NCBI GenBank assembly: GCA_963662405.2
Contig: CAXXKT010000002.1
Location: forward strand, 256,001-320,000
Source: Syntrophales bacterium
GTDB lineage: Bacteria > Desulfobacterota > Syntrophia > Syntrophales > UBA2210
DNA: 64,000 nucleotides
Reading direction: 5' to 3'
Part shown: positions 38,893 to 49,634 of the stretch, piece after piece
Position numbering within the stretch: position 1 is the stretch's first letter
Layout: each line of letters starts with the position of its first letter
Notes under the pieces: generated by a model
Seen by the model: the letters and a program-made list of their open reading frames with translations, nothing else
Told to the model about the DNA's origin: nothing
Databases searched by the model: none
Translations under genes and position numbers: made by a program

Positions 38893-41462
38893 AGAGCCAT
38901 GCTACACACCTCTCAATGAAGGATCCGGGAATGAAGAACAGTAACGACATCTTACAAAAACTCATGGCTCAGGAGACGGGGGCTGAGAAAAGTGATGGCC
39001 TCTCCAAGGCGAGGCATCATCTGACAAGTCTTGGGGTACCGCTGCACCAGTCCAACGAGAATTCATTCACCATCGACATGACGGACGTCGGTGTCTTTGC
39101 AGGCATATCCACCATCGCACGAATGCTTGCAAACGATGTGATCGACCAGTGCGGTCGGGGCATCTCGGACATTATGATCCAGCACAAGCTCCTGCCGCAG
39201 TTAACTCCCGAGCTGTGTGCCGCGGGCGTCGAGTGGATCATGGTCTACGCGAGGCTCGAGGCAGTCGAAGATCTGCCCGTTCATCACCGGGAATTCAACG
39301 ACGCCATTGAACGTATCTTCCATTCGATTCAGTCTCCCCGCTGGCGGGACGTGCTTTTTTCCATCCCTGGAAAGAAAGAGAGGTCGCAACAGAAGATCGC
39401 CCTCCTCTTCCCCTTTTACCAGTCCGGCGATCGTGACTATTTCATGCTGGTCGAATATGAACGTGCGGGGAGGTTCCTGCGCATCACCTTTGAAAACGCC
39501 AATCTATCCCGAATTTTCCTCAAGCACATCCCCCATCGTGTCGTGGACAATCTTGATCGCTACTACCTCATACCGGAGCTGAGGCAGACCGCTCACCACA
39601 TCTATCAGGGGATCATCAAAGAGGCATCCCAGGGGAAACTGGAGTTCAAGGAGACCTTCGAGCATCAGCCGATCCTCTTCAATGCCATCCGCGAGGGAGG
39701 ACTCGAACGGCTCGATACGATGATCTTTCACTGGCCCTTTTCCGAGCTGGCGACCCTCGTCGGTGAAACGAGAAACGATCACGCGGTCCACACGAAATTC
39801 TTCGGACTCATCAACAAGGATCTGTTGATCCTCCAGGATCATGACGTGATCCACCACCTGGATCATGGCGCCACGGTCGAACTGACGGACGGAGAGTGGC
39901 GCGTTTTCTTCGAGTTGTCGCGGCGGAAGAGTTGTCTCCGCATCTCCTGGCAGGAGGCCTGTTCCTACGCCGCCCTCGGTGACTATCTCGACCGTATGCC
40001 CACACTGAAGGAGACCACGGCTGCGGTGCGCGAGCCCCTGTCGCCGGTGGAGCTCATGCTGGTCCATCACATCACGGCCGAAACCCTGGGATTCATCGGT
40101 GCCTGCCGGGATGTGGGCTTCAAAGGGATCGACACCTTCTTCGTGACGTACAGCGGCGTCGTCCCCGACGACTACATGGAGACCATCCTCTCCCAGCCGG
40201 AAGAAGATTATCGATTCCATTCCCTCCAGAGGATCGAAACGGCAGGCTCGGTCCGGGGGGCATACCGACTGTCCCGTCAATACTCGTCCATCGATAACCT
40301 GCAGGCCTTGGACACGGTTCTCGCCGGCAGCGATTACTCTTTCTTCGAAGCGGCCCGGATGGCGGCGGGACATCTCTTTATGAGAAAGGCCGCCCGGCTA
40401 TACCGGCGGGGCGGGAAAATGCTCCTCGTCGAGGACGGGGGGTACGTGAGTCCCCTCATCAACCGGTTCTGCCTGGAGGGGAAGACCCTGGGAGAGGCCC
40501 TCGATTGGTTCCATGTCGATCCCTCAGGGGTCGAACTGCCGACCGAACTGCTGGAGGGGAACCTTTCCGACTGGCTGGCACCTGTGCTGGTGGGTGCCGT
40601 GGAGCATACGCGAAACGGTTACGACGCCAATCTCGACGTGGAGAATCGTTTCGACCGGTTGCAGTTTCCGGTGTGCAGTATCGCCATCTCCGATCTGAAA
40701 CGGGGGCCGGAGGCGCAGGAGTGCGCCATCACCATACTGAACGCCACAGAGAATATCATGCACCGCCTGGGTCTGCTCCTCTCCCGGAGACAGGCGGTGG
40801 TCCTCGGCAGTCGCGGCGCCATTGGCAGGTGCGCGCTGGCGGAGCTGGCACACCGTCTCGGCCCGCAGCGAGTCGCCGGCGTGGACAGAGCCGCGTGCCC
40901 GAACACGGAGGCAACTCCCATCGAGGCGCCAACCGTAGAAGGGATCCCCCGGGATCATTTATACAACACCGATCTCTTCCTGGGGATTATCGGAAAATCT
41001 ATTATCACCCGTCATATCCTGGAGGACCTGATGATCCGATCCCGGCGGGATCGGATCTATTTTGCCAGCGGCTCCACGAAGACCACGGAGTTTACGGACC
41101 TGGAAGACTGGCTCGTCGGTCTCCAGAGGAAAGACAATCCGGACATTGCCGGTCATGAAGTCAGCATCGAACATGCTCCCCTCCGGGATCTGCAGACGAG
41201 AATCACCCAGGGACAGATCGTCCGCATCCGTTTTCGCGAGGAGGGCATACCGGACAAGACCCTCTACCTGCTGGGCAATCTGACGCCCATCAATTTCCTC
41301 TATTACGGCATACCCAGCGAGATCGTCGACGAGGTCCTCAGCCAGCTCCTGAGGGTATCCGTCGGTCTTACGCAAAACACGTTGCGGGAATGCCCCCTCC
41401 CCGGGAAACTCCTGGCCGTCGATCATGAAATCGACGCCGACGCTGTATTATTGGGAAACTGA
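38889..41462 (+). CDS. large hypothetical protein with C-terminal SAH-hydrolase-like fold
   Basis: VEDGGY, GAVEHTRNG, FPVCSIAISDLK, VLGSRGAIG, LYLLGNLTPINF in AhcY motif order. Confidence 0.65.
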   Translation: MKSHATHLSMKDPGMKNSNDILQKLMAQETGAEKSDGLSKARHHLTSLGVPLHQSNENSFTIDMTDVGVFAGISTIARMLANDVIDQCGRGISDIMIQHKLLPQLTPELCAAGVEWIMVYARLEAVEDLPVHHREFNDAIERIFHSIQSPRWRDVLFSIPGKKERSQQKIALLFPFYQSGDRDYFMLVEYERAGRFLRITFENANLSRIFLKHIPHRVVDNLDRYYLIPELRQTAHHIYQGIIKEASQGKLEFKETFEHQPILFNAIREGGLERLDTMIFHWPFSELATLVGETRNDHAVHTKFFGLINKDLLILQDHDVIHHLDHGATVELTDGEWRVFFELSRRKSCLRISWQEACSYAALGDYLDRMPTLKETTAAVREPLSPVELMLVHHITAETLGFIGACRDVGFKGIDTFFVTYSGVVPDDYMETILSQPEEDYRFHSLQRIETAGSVRGAYRLSRQYSSIDNLQALDTVLAGSDYSFFEAARMAAGHLFMRKAARLYRRGGKMLLVEDGGYVSPLINRFCLEGKTLGEALDWFHVDPSGVELPTELLEGNLSDWLAPVLVGAVEHTRNGYDANLDVENRFDRLQFPVCSIAISDLKRGPEAQECAITILNATENIMHRLGLLLSRRQAVVLGSRGAIGRCALAELAHRLGPQRVAGVDRAACPNTEATPIEAPTVEGIPRDHLYNTDLFLGIIGKSIITRHILEDLMIRSRRDRIYFASGSTKTTEFTDLEDWLVGLQRKDNPDIAGHEVSIEHAPLRDLQTRITQGQIVRIRFREEGIPDKTLYLLGNLTPINFLYYGIPSEIVDEVLSQLLRVSVGLTQNTLRECPLPGKLLAVDHEIDADAVLLGN

Positions 41463-41481
41463 GAAAAAGTCTCTCTCCGTC

Positions 41482-41529
41482 AAAAAAACAGCCCTTACAC
41501 TTCAAAACAATTATTGAAGTGTAAGGGCT
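41482..41529. terminator. terminator hairpin next to the tRNA fragment
   Basis: 16-bp perfect stem AGCCCTTACACTTCAA / TTGAAGTGTAAGGGCT with minus-strand T-run. Confidence 0.8.
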
Positions 41530-41532
41530 CAA

Positions 41533-41580
41533 ATTGGTAGCGGGGGCCGGATTCGAACCGAGGACCTTTGGGTTATGAGC
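41533..41580 (-). repeat. att-like duplicate of the 3' part of tRNA-fMet
   Basis: 48 bp matching 43866-43913 with one mismatch. Confidence 0.92.
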
Positions 41581-41620
41581 AAAAAAAGAAAGGGAGAGGA
41601 AACTGAAAGTTTCCTCTCCC
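41581..41620 (-). terminator. terminator of the carboxylesterase gene
   Basis: GGGAGAGGAAACT-GAA-AGTTTCCTCTCCC with minus-strand T-run. Confidence 0.75.
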
Positions 41621-41677
41621 GGTTGTGTCTGAAAGCCCATACTGCCCATCAAGAACCGGGCATCGGGCTCTCATATG

Positions 41678-43300
41678 TTACCGCGGCGGCCAATCGTGGG
41701 CTGCCTGTTTTGTCGTCAGTGTCGAGAATCCCGCTTTTGTTATCGGAAGATACCCGATGTCGAGATAGAAGTCCCTCTCATCATAGGGCGGCCACCAGGC
41801 GGTAAGGTTCCCCGGGATATTCGGGTCCCCGGTTGCGGCAAACTGTGCCTCCATGCTCATCATATACTCGGCTACCCAGTCGTCCTTCGGGCCGAGCTCC
41901 GGATCTATGATCTGGAAGGTTGTGAAATCAAACGCTTGGGCAGGATCAACAATCCCGAACACAAAGCGGCTGACAGACTGAAAATCACCGAACCCGGCGG
42001 AAACATCGATGCCATGCCATGCCTTTATCCCCCGTTTTTTCCAGCCGTCAGGCACATGGGTGAATACATAGGTGTAAATGGGAGATTCCATATACCCGCT
42101 CATGGTCTGAAGGACGCCACCCAACCAGGCCATGGGAAACTCCACATGGAAGAAGGCACTGGCTCCCGCCTCCAGCACTTCCTCACCAGCTATGCTGACC
42201 ATGTAGGGAACGTCGTGAACGCCGCCGGTCAAAAAGATGGTCTCCATCGAATCCGTCAGGAAATAGTCGTCCTCCGTGTAGGTAGAGCTAAACCCGCTAC
42301 TCCCGTCTGCAAAGAGGCCGGCAGCTGCAGCATCGGCAACCTCCTGCCAGGTCTTCCCACGCATCTCGGCAAGGTTTGCGCACCCGAGGTTGGTCTGCAT
42401 GTTCAGGCCCATCTGTTCCCCTGTTGCGAGAGTCACGGAGCTAAAGAAGAACCCGCTCTGACAGATGGCCCGGTGGAAGAGTCCTTCGGCCAGGGGCGAG
42501 GCCATCAGCCCGTTTACCTTCATGCCGCCCCCGGACTGGCCGATGATCGTGACGCAATCCGGGTCACCGCCGAAGGCCGCGATATTTCTCTGCACCCACT
42601 CAAGGGCGGCGACCAGGTCCAGCATCCCGTAATTGCCGGATGCGCTGTTCGCCGATTCCGCTGTCAGTTCGGGGTGCGCCATAAATCCGAACACCCCCAG
42701 GCGGTGCTGGACGCTGACCCAGACGACACCGTGCTGGGGCATGGCCGGGGCATTATAGTTGTCATAACTGGTGGTACCGTTGACGATACCTCCGCCGTGG
42801 AAGAAGACGATGACCGGATACTTGTCCTCGGTATCCCGGGCGGGCGTGACGACGTTGAGATACAGGACGTCCTCACTCATCCCGGATTCGGGGATCGAAT
42901 TATAAAAGAAGCTCTGCGGGTAGGGTGTCTGCGCGCACATGTCACTGAACGTAGTGCATTCGCGGACGTTTTCCCAGGGTTCGACCGGTTGCGGGGGCTT
43001 CCACCGTAAATCACCCACGGGAGGCTTGGCATAGGGAATCCCCCTGTAGAGGTGAACCTGCTGTCCAAGGGTGCCAGTAAATTCGTCACCGGTACACCAT
43101 ACACCCTTCGCCTGAATAGGGTCATATATTTGCCACGCGGGCTTGACGGCATCCAGAATCACCCCGGAAATGAGACCGGAGTCTATCTGGATGGGATCAG
43201 CGATTGGGGCGGCGGCCACGTAGCCCGACGGGATCATCATACATGCCACAAACAGGGCCACACCTATAACGGTGACCCGTATCTTGCCTTTCAAGTTCAT
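41678..43300 (-). CDS. secreted type-B carboxylesterase
   Basis: Signal peptide; GIPYAKPPVGDLRW, SEDVLYLNV, HGGG, GQSGG nucleophile elbow, WHGID. Confidence 0.92.
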   Translation of the reverse strand: MNLKGKIRVTVIGVALFVACMMIPSGYVAAAPIADPIQIDSGLISGVILDAVKPAWQIYDPIQAKGVWCTGDEFTGTLGQQVHLYRGIPYAKPPVGDLRWKPPQPVEPWENVRECTTFSDMCAQTPYPQSFFYNSIPESGMSEDVLYLNVVTPARDTEDKYPVIVFFHGGGIVNGTTSYDNYNAPAMPQHGVVWVSVQHRLGVFGFMAHPELTAESANSASGNYGMLDLVAALEWVQRNIAAFGGDPDCVTIIGQSGGGMKVNGLMASPLAEGLFHRAICQSGFFFSSVTLATGEQMGLNMQTNLGCANLAEMRGKTWQEVADAAAAGLFADGSSGFSSTYTEDDYFLTDSMETIFLTGGVHDVPYMVSIAGEEVLEAGASAFFHVEFPMAWLGGVLQTMSGYMESPIYTYVFTHVPDGWKKRGIKAWHGIDVSAGFGDFQSVSRFVFGIVDPAQAFDFTTFQIIDPELGPKDDWVAEYMMSMEAQFAATGDPNIPGNLTAWWPPYDERDFYLDIGYLPITKAGFSTLTTKQAAHDWPPR

Positions 43301-43867
43301 AATTTTCCCCCATTTTTCTTAGATAGATTGAATAGAAAGTCGACTACCCCCACTCCATGAAAGATGTTTCGTTGGAGCTCAGTAATAAGCCCCGTTTCTC
43401 CAACCGACAGCATATCTCCCGGGCATATCTCCCGGCATCCTGAGATCCCGACTAGACTAAGGATATTAAAAGACTACGGTCGCGTTGAAAGCGCTCTTTC
43501 TTCGACACCTCCTTTCCCGTCTTTTCGATACGACACTCTTGATGAGTGCAAAAACCATGAAGTGCTGAGAATAATATTAGAAAAAGGGCCTTAATGAGAC
43601 CAGCAGCCCAAAAAGAAAATGCAATCCCCATACGAACGCATTTTAACAGAAAAATTAACTTTATTGAGGTTGTCATGTCAAGAAATATTATCTCCCCAGA
43701 GCGGGAAGAATCCATGCGGGAATGCTGGAGCAAGAAGGTGCCTGTTTCCCAATTTCAAATGTTCAATCAGGTGAATCCTGGCGCGGACAGCCAGAATCTC
43801 GGGCACAACCTACCATAGTCTTATAAAAAAAGAGGCTAGCCGATAGTAGCTAACCTCTTTATCGTAT

Positions 43868-43944
<77 letters not shown>

Positions 43945-43969
43945 TCATTTCCGCTTTAAGGTCCTTCTG

Positions 43970-45034
43970 TCATCGTCCTCCTGTTATGTCGAACGTGGAG
44001 CTGTTTCTAAGACAATACGGGGAAAATGTCAAGGAGTATTCTCCTTTTAATCCGCGGATATTGTATACGTCTATCATTTTTTCGATTCCTTTCAGTGATA
44101 TCGGTCCTATACGTTCGGATTCCATATGCCTTTCCACCTCATGGTAGGTATCACCACAGACCAGTATCTGACCGGCTTGTGCTAAATTCACCAGTCTCGC
44201 TGCCACATTGACGGTTTTCCCCATCACGGTGTACTCTTTTTTCCGGGAGGAGCCGAATATACCCGCCATGATTTCTCCGGTACTGATCCCGATACCGATG
44301 GATATTTCCCGATCCGTTTCTGAAAGACCGCTGTTTACCTTGTTGATTTCGTCCATCATCGCTACGGCACACGTAACCGCTCGCAGGGTCTCATCCTCGA
44401 AGGCTACCGGAGCTCCGAACACCCCCATGATGCTGTCCCCAACATGCTTGTCCAGGGTTCCGTTATAGCGGCATATAATTGCATCCAGGGGGGTAAAATA
44501 CCGCACGTTGAGAACCTCGCACAACGCTTCAACACTTAACGCTTCCGATAATGCGGTAAAGCCCCTGATATCACTGAAGAGGACCGTGGCCTTCTGCTTC
44601 CGCAGGCCCAGAGATCCCCCCTCCTTCCACATTTCAGAGAAGACCTGCTCTGAAACGAATTGTTTCAGCCTCTTTCTGAGGATGCACTCTCTGATCTTCG
44701 CCTTCAGCTCAATATTAGAAAAGGGCTTTGTGATAAAACCGTCGATTCCCACGTTAACCGATTCGATTGCACTCTCCATCGTGGCGTAACCCGTCAGCAT
44801 GATCCTCGTCATTTCCGGGTTGATTTTTCCGATCTCAATCAGGGTTTCCAAGCCGTCGATCCCCGGCATCTTGTAATCCGACATAACCGTCTCAATCCCG
44901 TTCGTATTTTCACCAACGATATCGATGGCATGATTGCCGTTCTCTGCAAGAAATACGCAATATCCGTCCCGTTCAAGGACCTTCTTCAACGACCGGCGCA
45001 CCCCTTCTTCGTCATCAACCACTAACAGGTTCAT
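43970..45034 (-). CDS. response regulator-class III adenylate/guanylate cyclase
   Basis: Receiver (VDDE, DYKMPG, TKP) plus LFSDIRGFT, DKHVGD, VNVAARL. Confidence 0.92.
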   Translation of the reverse strand: MNLLVVDDEEGVRRSLKKVLERDGYCVFLAENGNHAIDIVGENTNGIETVMSDYKMPGIDGLETLIEIGKINPEMTRIMLTGYATMESAIESVNVGIDGFITKPFSNIELKAKIRECILRKRLKQFVSEQVFSEMWKEGGSLGLRKQKATVLFSDIRGFTALSEALSVEALCEVLNVRYFTPLDAIICRYNGTLDKHVGDSIMGVFGAPVAFEDETLRAVTCAVAMMDEINKVNSGLSETDREISIGIGISTGEIMAGIFGSSRKKEYTVMGKTVNVAARLVNLAQAGQILVCGDTYHEVERHMESERIGPISLKGIEKMIDVYNIRGLKGEYSLTFSPYCLRNSSTFDITGGR

Positions 45035-47298
45035 TGTTCTTTCCTCCTCCGGCAGGGAAGAGAAACAGACACGGTGGTCCCCCTCTTTATCTCACTCTCA
45101 ATAGTGATTCTTCCATCATGTCTCCGGACGATTTCATGAGCGATATACAGACCGAGCCCCGTCCCCTCCCCCGGTTTTTTCGTTGTAAAGAACGGCTTGA
45201 ACGCATCCCGTACCTCTTCGGCCGCCATGCCCTTCCCGGTATCGCGGCACTCTATGCGGACCATGTCCTCATCTTCCATATAGCGTGTCGCCAGCGTAAC
45301 CGTCCCGCTGCCGTCCGTTTGTGCCTGAATTGCATTGTTCATAATGTTGAGGATCACCTGTCCCAAATTAGCGAAGTTTCCTTCAATATCCGGCAGATTT
45401 TCCTCGAGATTTTTATCGATGGCTATATCGGATTTTTTATACCGGTTGTGAATGACTCTCAATGCATCGTTGATTAAGGCATTAACATTCACCTGCTCGA
45501 CATAGTCTTGCGTCTGCCGGGAAAGCCCGAGGAGACTCCTGACTATACCCGCTGCCCGGTCGAGCTCCTTGAGGGAAAATTTCAGATCCCCTATCAGTTC
45601 CTCTCTCTCCTGATCCTCGGCATCATTCCACTCGCTGATCGTCTCAAGAGAGGTCTGAATGAGGCTCGATGAACTGGCAAGGGGATTGTTCAGTTCGTGT
45701 GCCGCTCCGGCCACGAGTTGCCCGATGGAGGCGAGGCTCTCCGACCGGATCAGTTGCTGCTGTGTCCGTTCCTTCTCGTCAAGCGCCGCCGTCAGTGCCT
45801 GCGTTCGCTGCCTGACCTTCTCCTCAAGCCTGAGGTTCATCTCCTCCAATTGTTCGTAGTTTTTTGCATTCTCTATGGCGATCGCCCCCTGGCTGGCAAT
45901 TGTTTCCAACAGTTCGATATCCTCGTATACGAAAAGTTCTCCTGACCGTTTTTCCCCCAGCGCCATAATCCCCGTCAGCCGATCCTGCGATATCATCGGT
46001 ATCAGGACAGCGGCACTGGTTGCATCAAACAGGTCCGATAGGCTCTTCTCCTCATCAACGGGGATCGCGATCCTGCCGAGAGCGGAATGGACCAGTGTGT
46101 CCCGATAGGTCTCAAAGAAAATCTCTATGGGCCGGGCGGGTCGTATCACCTCCTTTCCCTTTTTTGCACCTCTCCTCTTTCGCCGTGCATACATATCAAG
46201 TGACCCATTCCCCTGACGGTAGATTCCCACCCACATACCGCTCGTTTTCAGGGCTGATGGTATGGAGTTCAGCAGAAAATCGATGATCTCCTCTATCCGG
46301 AGAAAGGATGCCATGGCACCGCTCATCTGCCTGAGGGTCTCCTGATAATCGTATTTTCCCCGAAAAAAAACCTGATCGACAAGGGCCTGGACCTTGATCC
46401 GAAGCGGGTTGAAGAGGACAACGATCACCACGGCGGAGATGAAAGAGATAACAAAGGGGTGAGAATTCCCGTATCCGATGGATATGATATTGGAGAGATA
46501 GATGGCCAGGGCGTACACAAAGGTCAGGATCCCCGTCAGGAAGAAGTAGGCACTGCCTTTCCTGAGGAGAACACCGATGTCGAGGAGATCATATTTCAGA
46601 ACGGCAAAGGCGAGAATGATAGCCGGGACAAAATTGAAATTCCCCATGGGGTACACATCGTATCCGCTGATGGGTAAGATGTTCAAGAGAATGAGAAGTC
46701 CGCTGAGGCCGAATCCGATCAGGACGTACTGTATCCGGTTTCTTGCACGATTTCCTTTCGCGCCCCTCATCCCCAGGACAAGCGTCACAATGCAATACAG
46801 CACCGCGACCCCTCCCACCGCCGAGAACAGGTGGTACACCGGCCCCGCCCCGGCAATCTTCCCGAAGGAGAAGCTCCTCAGGCCGGTGATAAAGTATTCG
46901 GTCTGGGTAAAAGGAAGAAGGGTAATGCTGAAGAGGTAAGCGCCCCGTTCAATCCATCGCCTCTCCGTGATACCGAGGAACGAATGGACAAAACGGATAT
47001 ACACCGGTATGGCAAAGACAAAGAAGAGGTAGGAAAACCGATCGAGCCGGAGGGCAAGGTTCTCATCCTTGATGAAGGATACCAATGCGATATCCAAGTC
47101 GATCAAGGCGCCAAGGAAACACATCAAGGCAAAGAAAAGCGTCGTCGTATTTTTCTTTCCCTGGACGATGGAGAAAAATGACAGGAAAAAGAAAATCAGA
47201 AACCCCATCACAGGGAGCAAAAGGTAGGAATAGGATCCCCACAGAAGCCCCAGAGACACAGGCGTTGCCTCCTTTCCCGGCTCTTGGCAATCAACCAC
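45031..47298 (-). CDS. multi-TM sensor histidine kinase with GAF-like domain
   Basis: N-terminal TM bundle; AHELNNP, NAIQA, DTGKG, PFFTTK, GTGLGL; start uncertain. Confidence 0.92.
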   Translation of the reverse strand: MVDCQEPGKEATPVSLGLLWGSYSYLLLPVMGFLIFFFLSFFSIVQGKKNTTTLFFALMCFLGALIDLDIALVSFIKDENLALRLDRFSYLFFVFAIPVYIRFVHSFLGITERRWIERGAYLFSITLLPFTQTEYFITGLRSFSFGKIAGAGPVYHLFSAVGGVAVLYCIVTLVLGMRGAKGNRARNRIQYVLIGFGLSGLLILLNILPISGYDVYPMGNFNFVPAIILAFAVLKYDLLDIGVLLRKGSAYFFLTGILTFVYALAIYLSNIISIGYGNSHPFVISFISAVVIVVLFNPLRIKVQALVDQVFFRGKYDYQETLRQMSGAMASFLRIEEIIDFLLNSIPSALKTSGMWVGIYRQGNGSLDMYARRKRRGAKKGKEVIRPARPIEIFFETYRDTLVHSALGRIAIPVDEEKSLSDLFDATSAAVLIPMISQDRLTGIMALGEKRSGELFVYEDIELLETIASQGAIAIENAKNYEQLEEMNLRLEEKVRQRTQALTAALDEKERTQQQLIRSESLASIGQLVAGAAHELNNPLASSSSLIQTSLETISEWNDAEDQEREELIGDLKFSLKELDRAAGIVRSLLGLSRQTQDYVEQVNVNALINDALRVIHNRYKKSDIAIDKNLEENLPDIEGNFANLGQVILNIMNNAIQAQTDGSGTVTLATRYMEDEDMVRIECRDTGKGMAAEEVRDAFKPFFTTKKPGEGTGLGLYIAHEIVRRHDGRITIESEIKRGTTVSVSLPCRRRKEQ

Positions 47299-47426
47299 TC
47301 ACACATCCAGAAATCTGGTGAAGTGAATCAGCGTCTCCCCTCGGTCAGCGCTCCTGAATCCGCCTCACATCCGTTCCGAACGATGGATCCTTTTCGAATC
47401 CCGTGTCCCGCCTCTGCGTGAATTCC

Positions 47427-47975
47427 TTAAAAAACAAATACGGCCGCCGTGACAACCGATGTATAACCTCGGTTTTTCACGATCGCCGATTGCGTCACGT
47501 TTCGTGTTCGCACGATCTTTCCGCTGATCTTGAAGATCTCCTCTTTTTCATCCCAGCTTGCGTCCACATCAAAATCGATGCCGAGCGTCGAGGCAAGCAT
47601 GGCCGCTGCGAGGTCTTCCGCATAGTCACCCGCCTCCACCGATGTCTGCCCGAACGCGTGGTGTTCGCTTATATAACCGTAGGCATTTTTATCCGCCGGA
47701 ATGGCACACCCCACAGATGCGGCGATCAGCCTTCTTGGTTCGTTGCTGCAGTTACGGCTCATGACGCAGTAGGTTATCTCGCCCGGTTTCAGTTCATTCA
47801 ACCCCTTAGCACGCGAAATCAATTTACATCCGGGAGGGAAAATACTCGAAACCATGACCAAGTTACATTTCTCTATCCCGGCATCGCGCAGGGCCAGCTC
47901 GAAGGAGTGAAGTTCCTCTTTATGAGAACCGACTCCCTTGGTAAAAAAGATCTTTCTCGGTACCTGATTACTCAA
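47427..47975 (-). CDS. pdaD: pyruvoyl-dependent arginine decarboxylase
   Basis: [23 protein letters not shown] (SS self-cleavage site), GYISEH. Confidence 0.9.
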   Translation of the reverse strand: MSNQVPRKIFFTKGVGSHKEELHSFELALRDAGIEKCNLVMVSSIFPPGCKLISRAKGLNELKPGEITYCVMSRNCSNEPRRLIAASVGCAIPADKNAYGYISEHHAFGQTSVEAGDYAEDLAAAMLASTLGIDFDVDASWDEKEEIFKISGKIVRTRNVTQSAIVKNRGYTSVVTAAVFVF

Positions 47976-48010
47976 TAACGTATCTCCTTCTATCAACAAT
48001 GATGCCGTGT

Positions 48011-48883
48011 CTATACACCCGCCCGATTGATATACCCCATGGTCCGGTATGCAAGCTTCGCCGCCGTAAAATCAGGGGCAATCATGCCGGGGATCGGACA
48101 CAACTCAACGATATCAAAACCACGAATCTTACAATGCTCCGAGATTCCCCTGATCAAACGGATCAGGTCATCCCATAGGATGCCGCCGGGCTCCGGCGTC
48201 CCGGTGGCCGGCATAACCGACGGGTCCAACACATCAATATCAAGGGTGACGTATATATCCTTCGAAAGATTCCCGCAAATCTTTTTTATCAGATCCGGAT
48301 CATTTTTTACACGATCCGGAGGGAACGTGCACACCTTCTCATCTCTGATAAAGTGGGCCTCTTCCACACTCATGCTTCTGACCCCGACTTGCACCAGGGG
48401 GCAGAGTTCATGGATTCTCCTGCCGACGGATGCGTGGCTGTACGCCGAGCCCTGATACGAATCCCTCAGATCGGCGTGTGCATCGAATTGGAGCACCGAC
48501 AAGGAAGGACAGCTGTCTTTCACAGCCTGCACCGCCCCGATGGTGACACTGTGTTCCCCCCCCAATACAACGGGAATTTTGCCTGAGGAAGCAACCGGGG
48601 CCACCGCTCTGCGAACTGTCTGAACCATGATTTCCGGGCCGCGTGCGTCAATGTCGAGGGGTGCCATGGTGTAGATCCCTCCTACCCGGTATGTTTCCAC
48701 GCCCAATTCCTCATCATACAGTTCCATGTTGGCTGATGCATCCAGAATGGCTGCGGGGCCTTTTCTCGATCCGGCCTGGTACGTTGACGTCAAGTCGTAA
48801 GGAACTGGAATCACAACGAATCTCGCGCCTTCAAGCCCCCGGCCTTCTAAGTCCACTCCACCAAAATTCATACTCTTTTCCAT
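48011..48883 (-). CDS. speB: agmatinase
   Basis: GGEHSVT, DAHADL, SHAS, DIDVLDP...TGTPEPGG. Confidence 0.93.
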   Translation of the reverse strand: MEKSMNFGGVDLEGRGLEGARFVVIPVPYDLTSTYQAGSRKGPAAILDASANMELYDEELGVETYRVGGIYTMAPLDIDARGPEIMVQTVRRAVAPVASSGKIPVVLGGEHSVTIGAVQAVKDSCPSLSVLQFDAHADLRDSYQGSAYSHASVGRRIHELCPLVQVGVRSMSVEEAHFIRDEKVCTFPPDRVKNDPDLIKKICGNLSKDIYVTLDIDVLDPSVMPATGTPEPGGILWDDLIRLIRGISEHCKIRGFDIVELCPIPGMIAPDFTAAKLAYRTMGYINRAGV

Positions 48884-48891
48884 CCTAGATA

Positions 48892-49617
48892 TCAATCGGA
48901 GGGTACACCACTCTGCATAGTGAATGTGCCGTCTTCATACAACAGATACGAGTGATGATGTATCCAGTCACCGAGGACAACGAAGGTTTTTACCTTATCA
49001 TCAATAACGTACCGCTCAAACCGAGGGGAATGATAGTGCCCCAGGATGACCGCGTCTATTCCTTCCGCAAAGTTTTTCATCGCAAACATCTTGATCATCC
49101 CGTTTAGCTCATCAGAGCTTGGCTCCTCACGACTTCTGCTCATCTTTGAAATCGCTCGCGATATACTCCACAGGATCGGAGAAGGTAAACCCTTCTGAAA
49201 CCGGTATATCAGATTACTCCTGAGCAATCTCCTCAGGAAAAGATACCCTCCTTTGGAGGTATCGATCGTATCACCGTGAGACATGAAGACTCTTTTCCCG
49301 TTCAAATTGATCACGGCCCCACCCGGGATAACGCGAATACCATACGGCCCGAAATAGTCGCTCAGAAAAAAGTCGTGGTTTCCTTCGAAGATCGTAATGT
49401 CTGTCCCGGCCCTCCGCATCTTCAGCAAATGACCGACAATATCTGAAAACCCGGGGTACACACCGTTCTGACCGGCGAACCAGAAGTCAAAGAAATCACC
49501 GAGGATGAAAAGCTCATCGATATTGCCGTGGATCGAATGGAGGAGGCGCAACAGATACCGGCGCCCTTCGGAGTCGCTCCCATCCAAATGCGCATCGGCG
49601 ACAAAGACCGCTTTCAT
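48892..49617 (-). CDS. lpxH: UDP-2,3-diacylglucosamine hydrolase (LpxH-like)
   Basis: DAHL, GDFFDFW, GNHD, HGD, GHYH, LGDW. Confidence 0.8.
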   Translation of the reverse strand: MKAVFVADAHLDGSDSEGRRYLLRLLHSIHGNIDELFILGDFFDFWFAGQNGVYPGFSDIVGHLLKMRRAGTDITIFEGNHDFFLSDYFGPYGIRVIPGGAVINLNGKRVFMSHGDTIDTSKGGYLFLRRLLRSNLIYRFQKGLPSPILWSISRAISKMSRSREEPSSDELNGMIKMFAMKNFAEGIDAVILGHYHSPRFERYVIDDKVKTFVVLGDWIHHHSYLLYEDGTFTMQSGVPSD

Positions 49618-49634
49618 ACTTCCCGCCTCTCGAT

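Noticed and set aside
41535..41580. Second tRNA-Met gene
   Set aside because: Lacks the 5' acceptor strand and D-arm; it is an att-like duplicate.
41675..43009. 444-aa plus-strand ORF (and similar long ORFs at 13399-14412, 12265-13164, 5500-6381, 24816-25823)
   Set aside because: Antisense shadows of well-supported genes in GC-rich DNA, with no recognisable motifs.
43410..43436. Short direct repeat GCATATCTCCCGG x2
   Set aside because: Only two adjacent copies and no supporting context.
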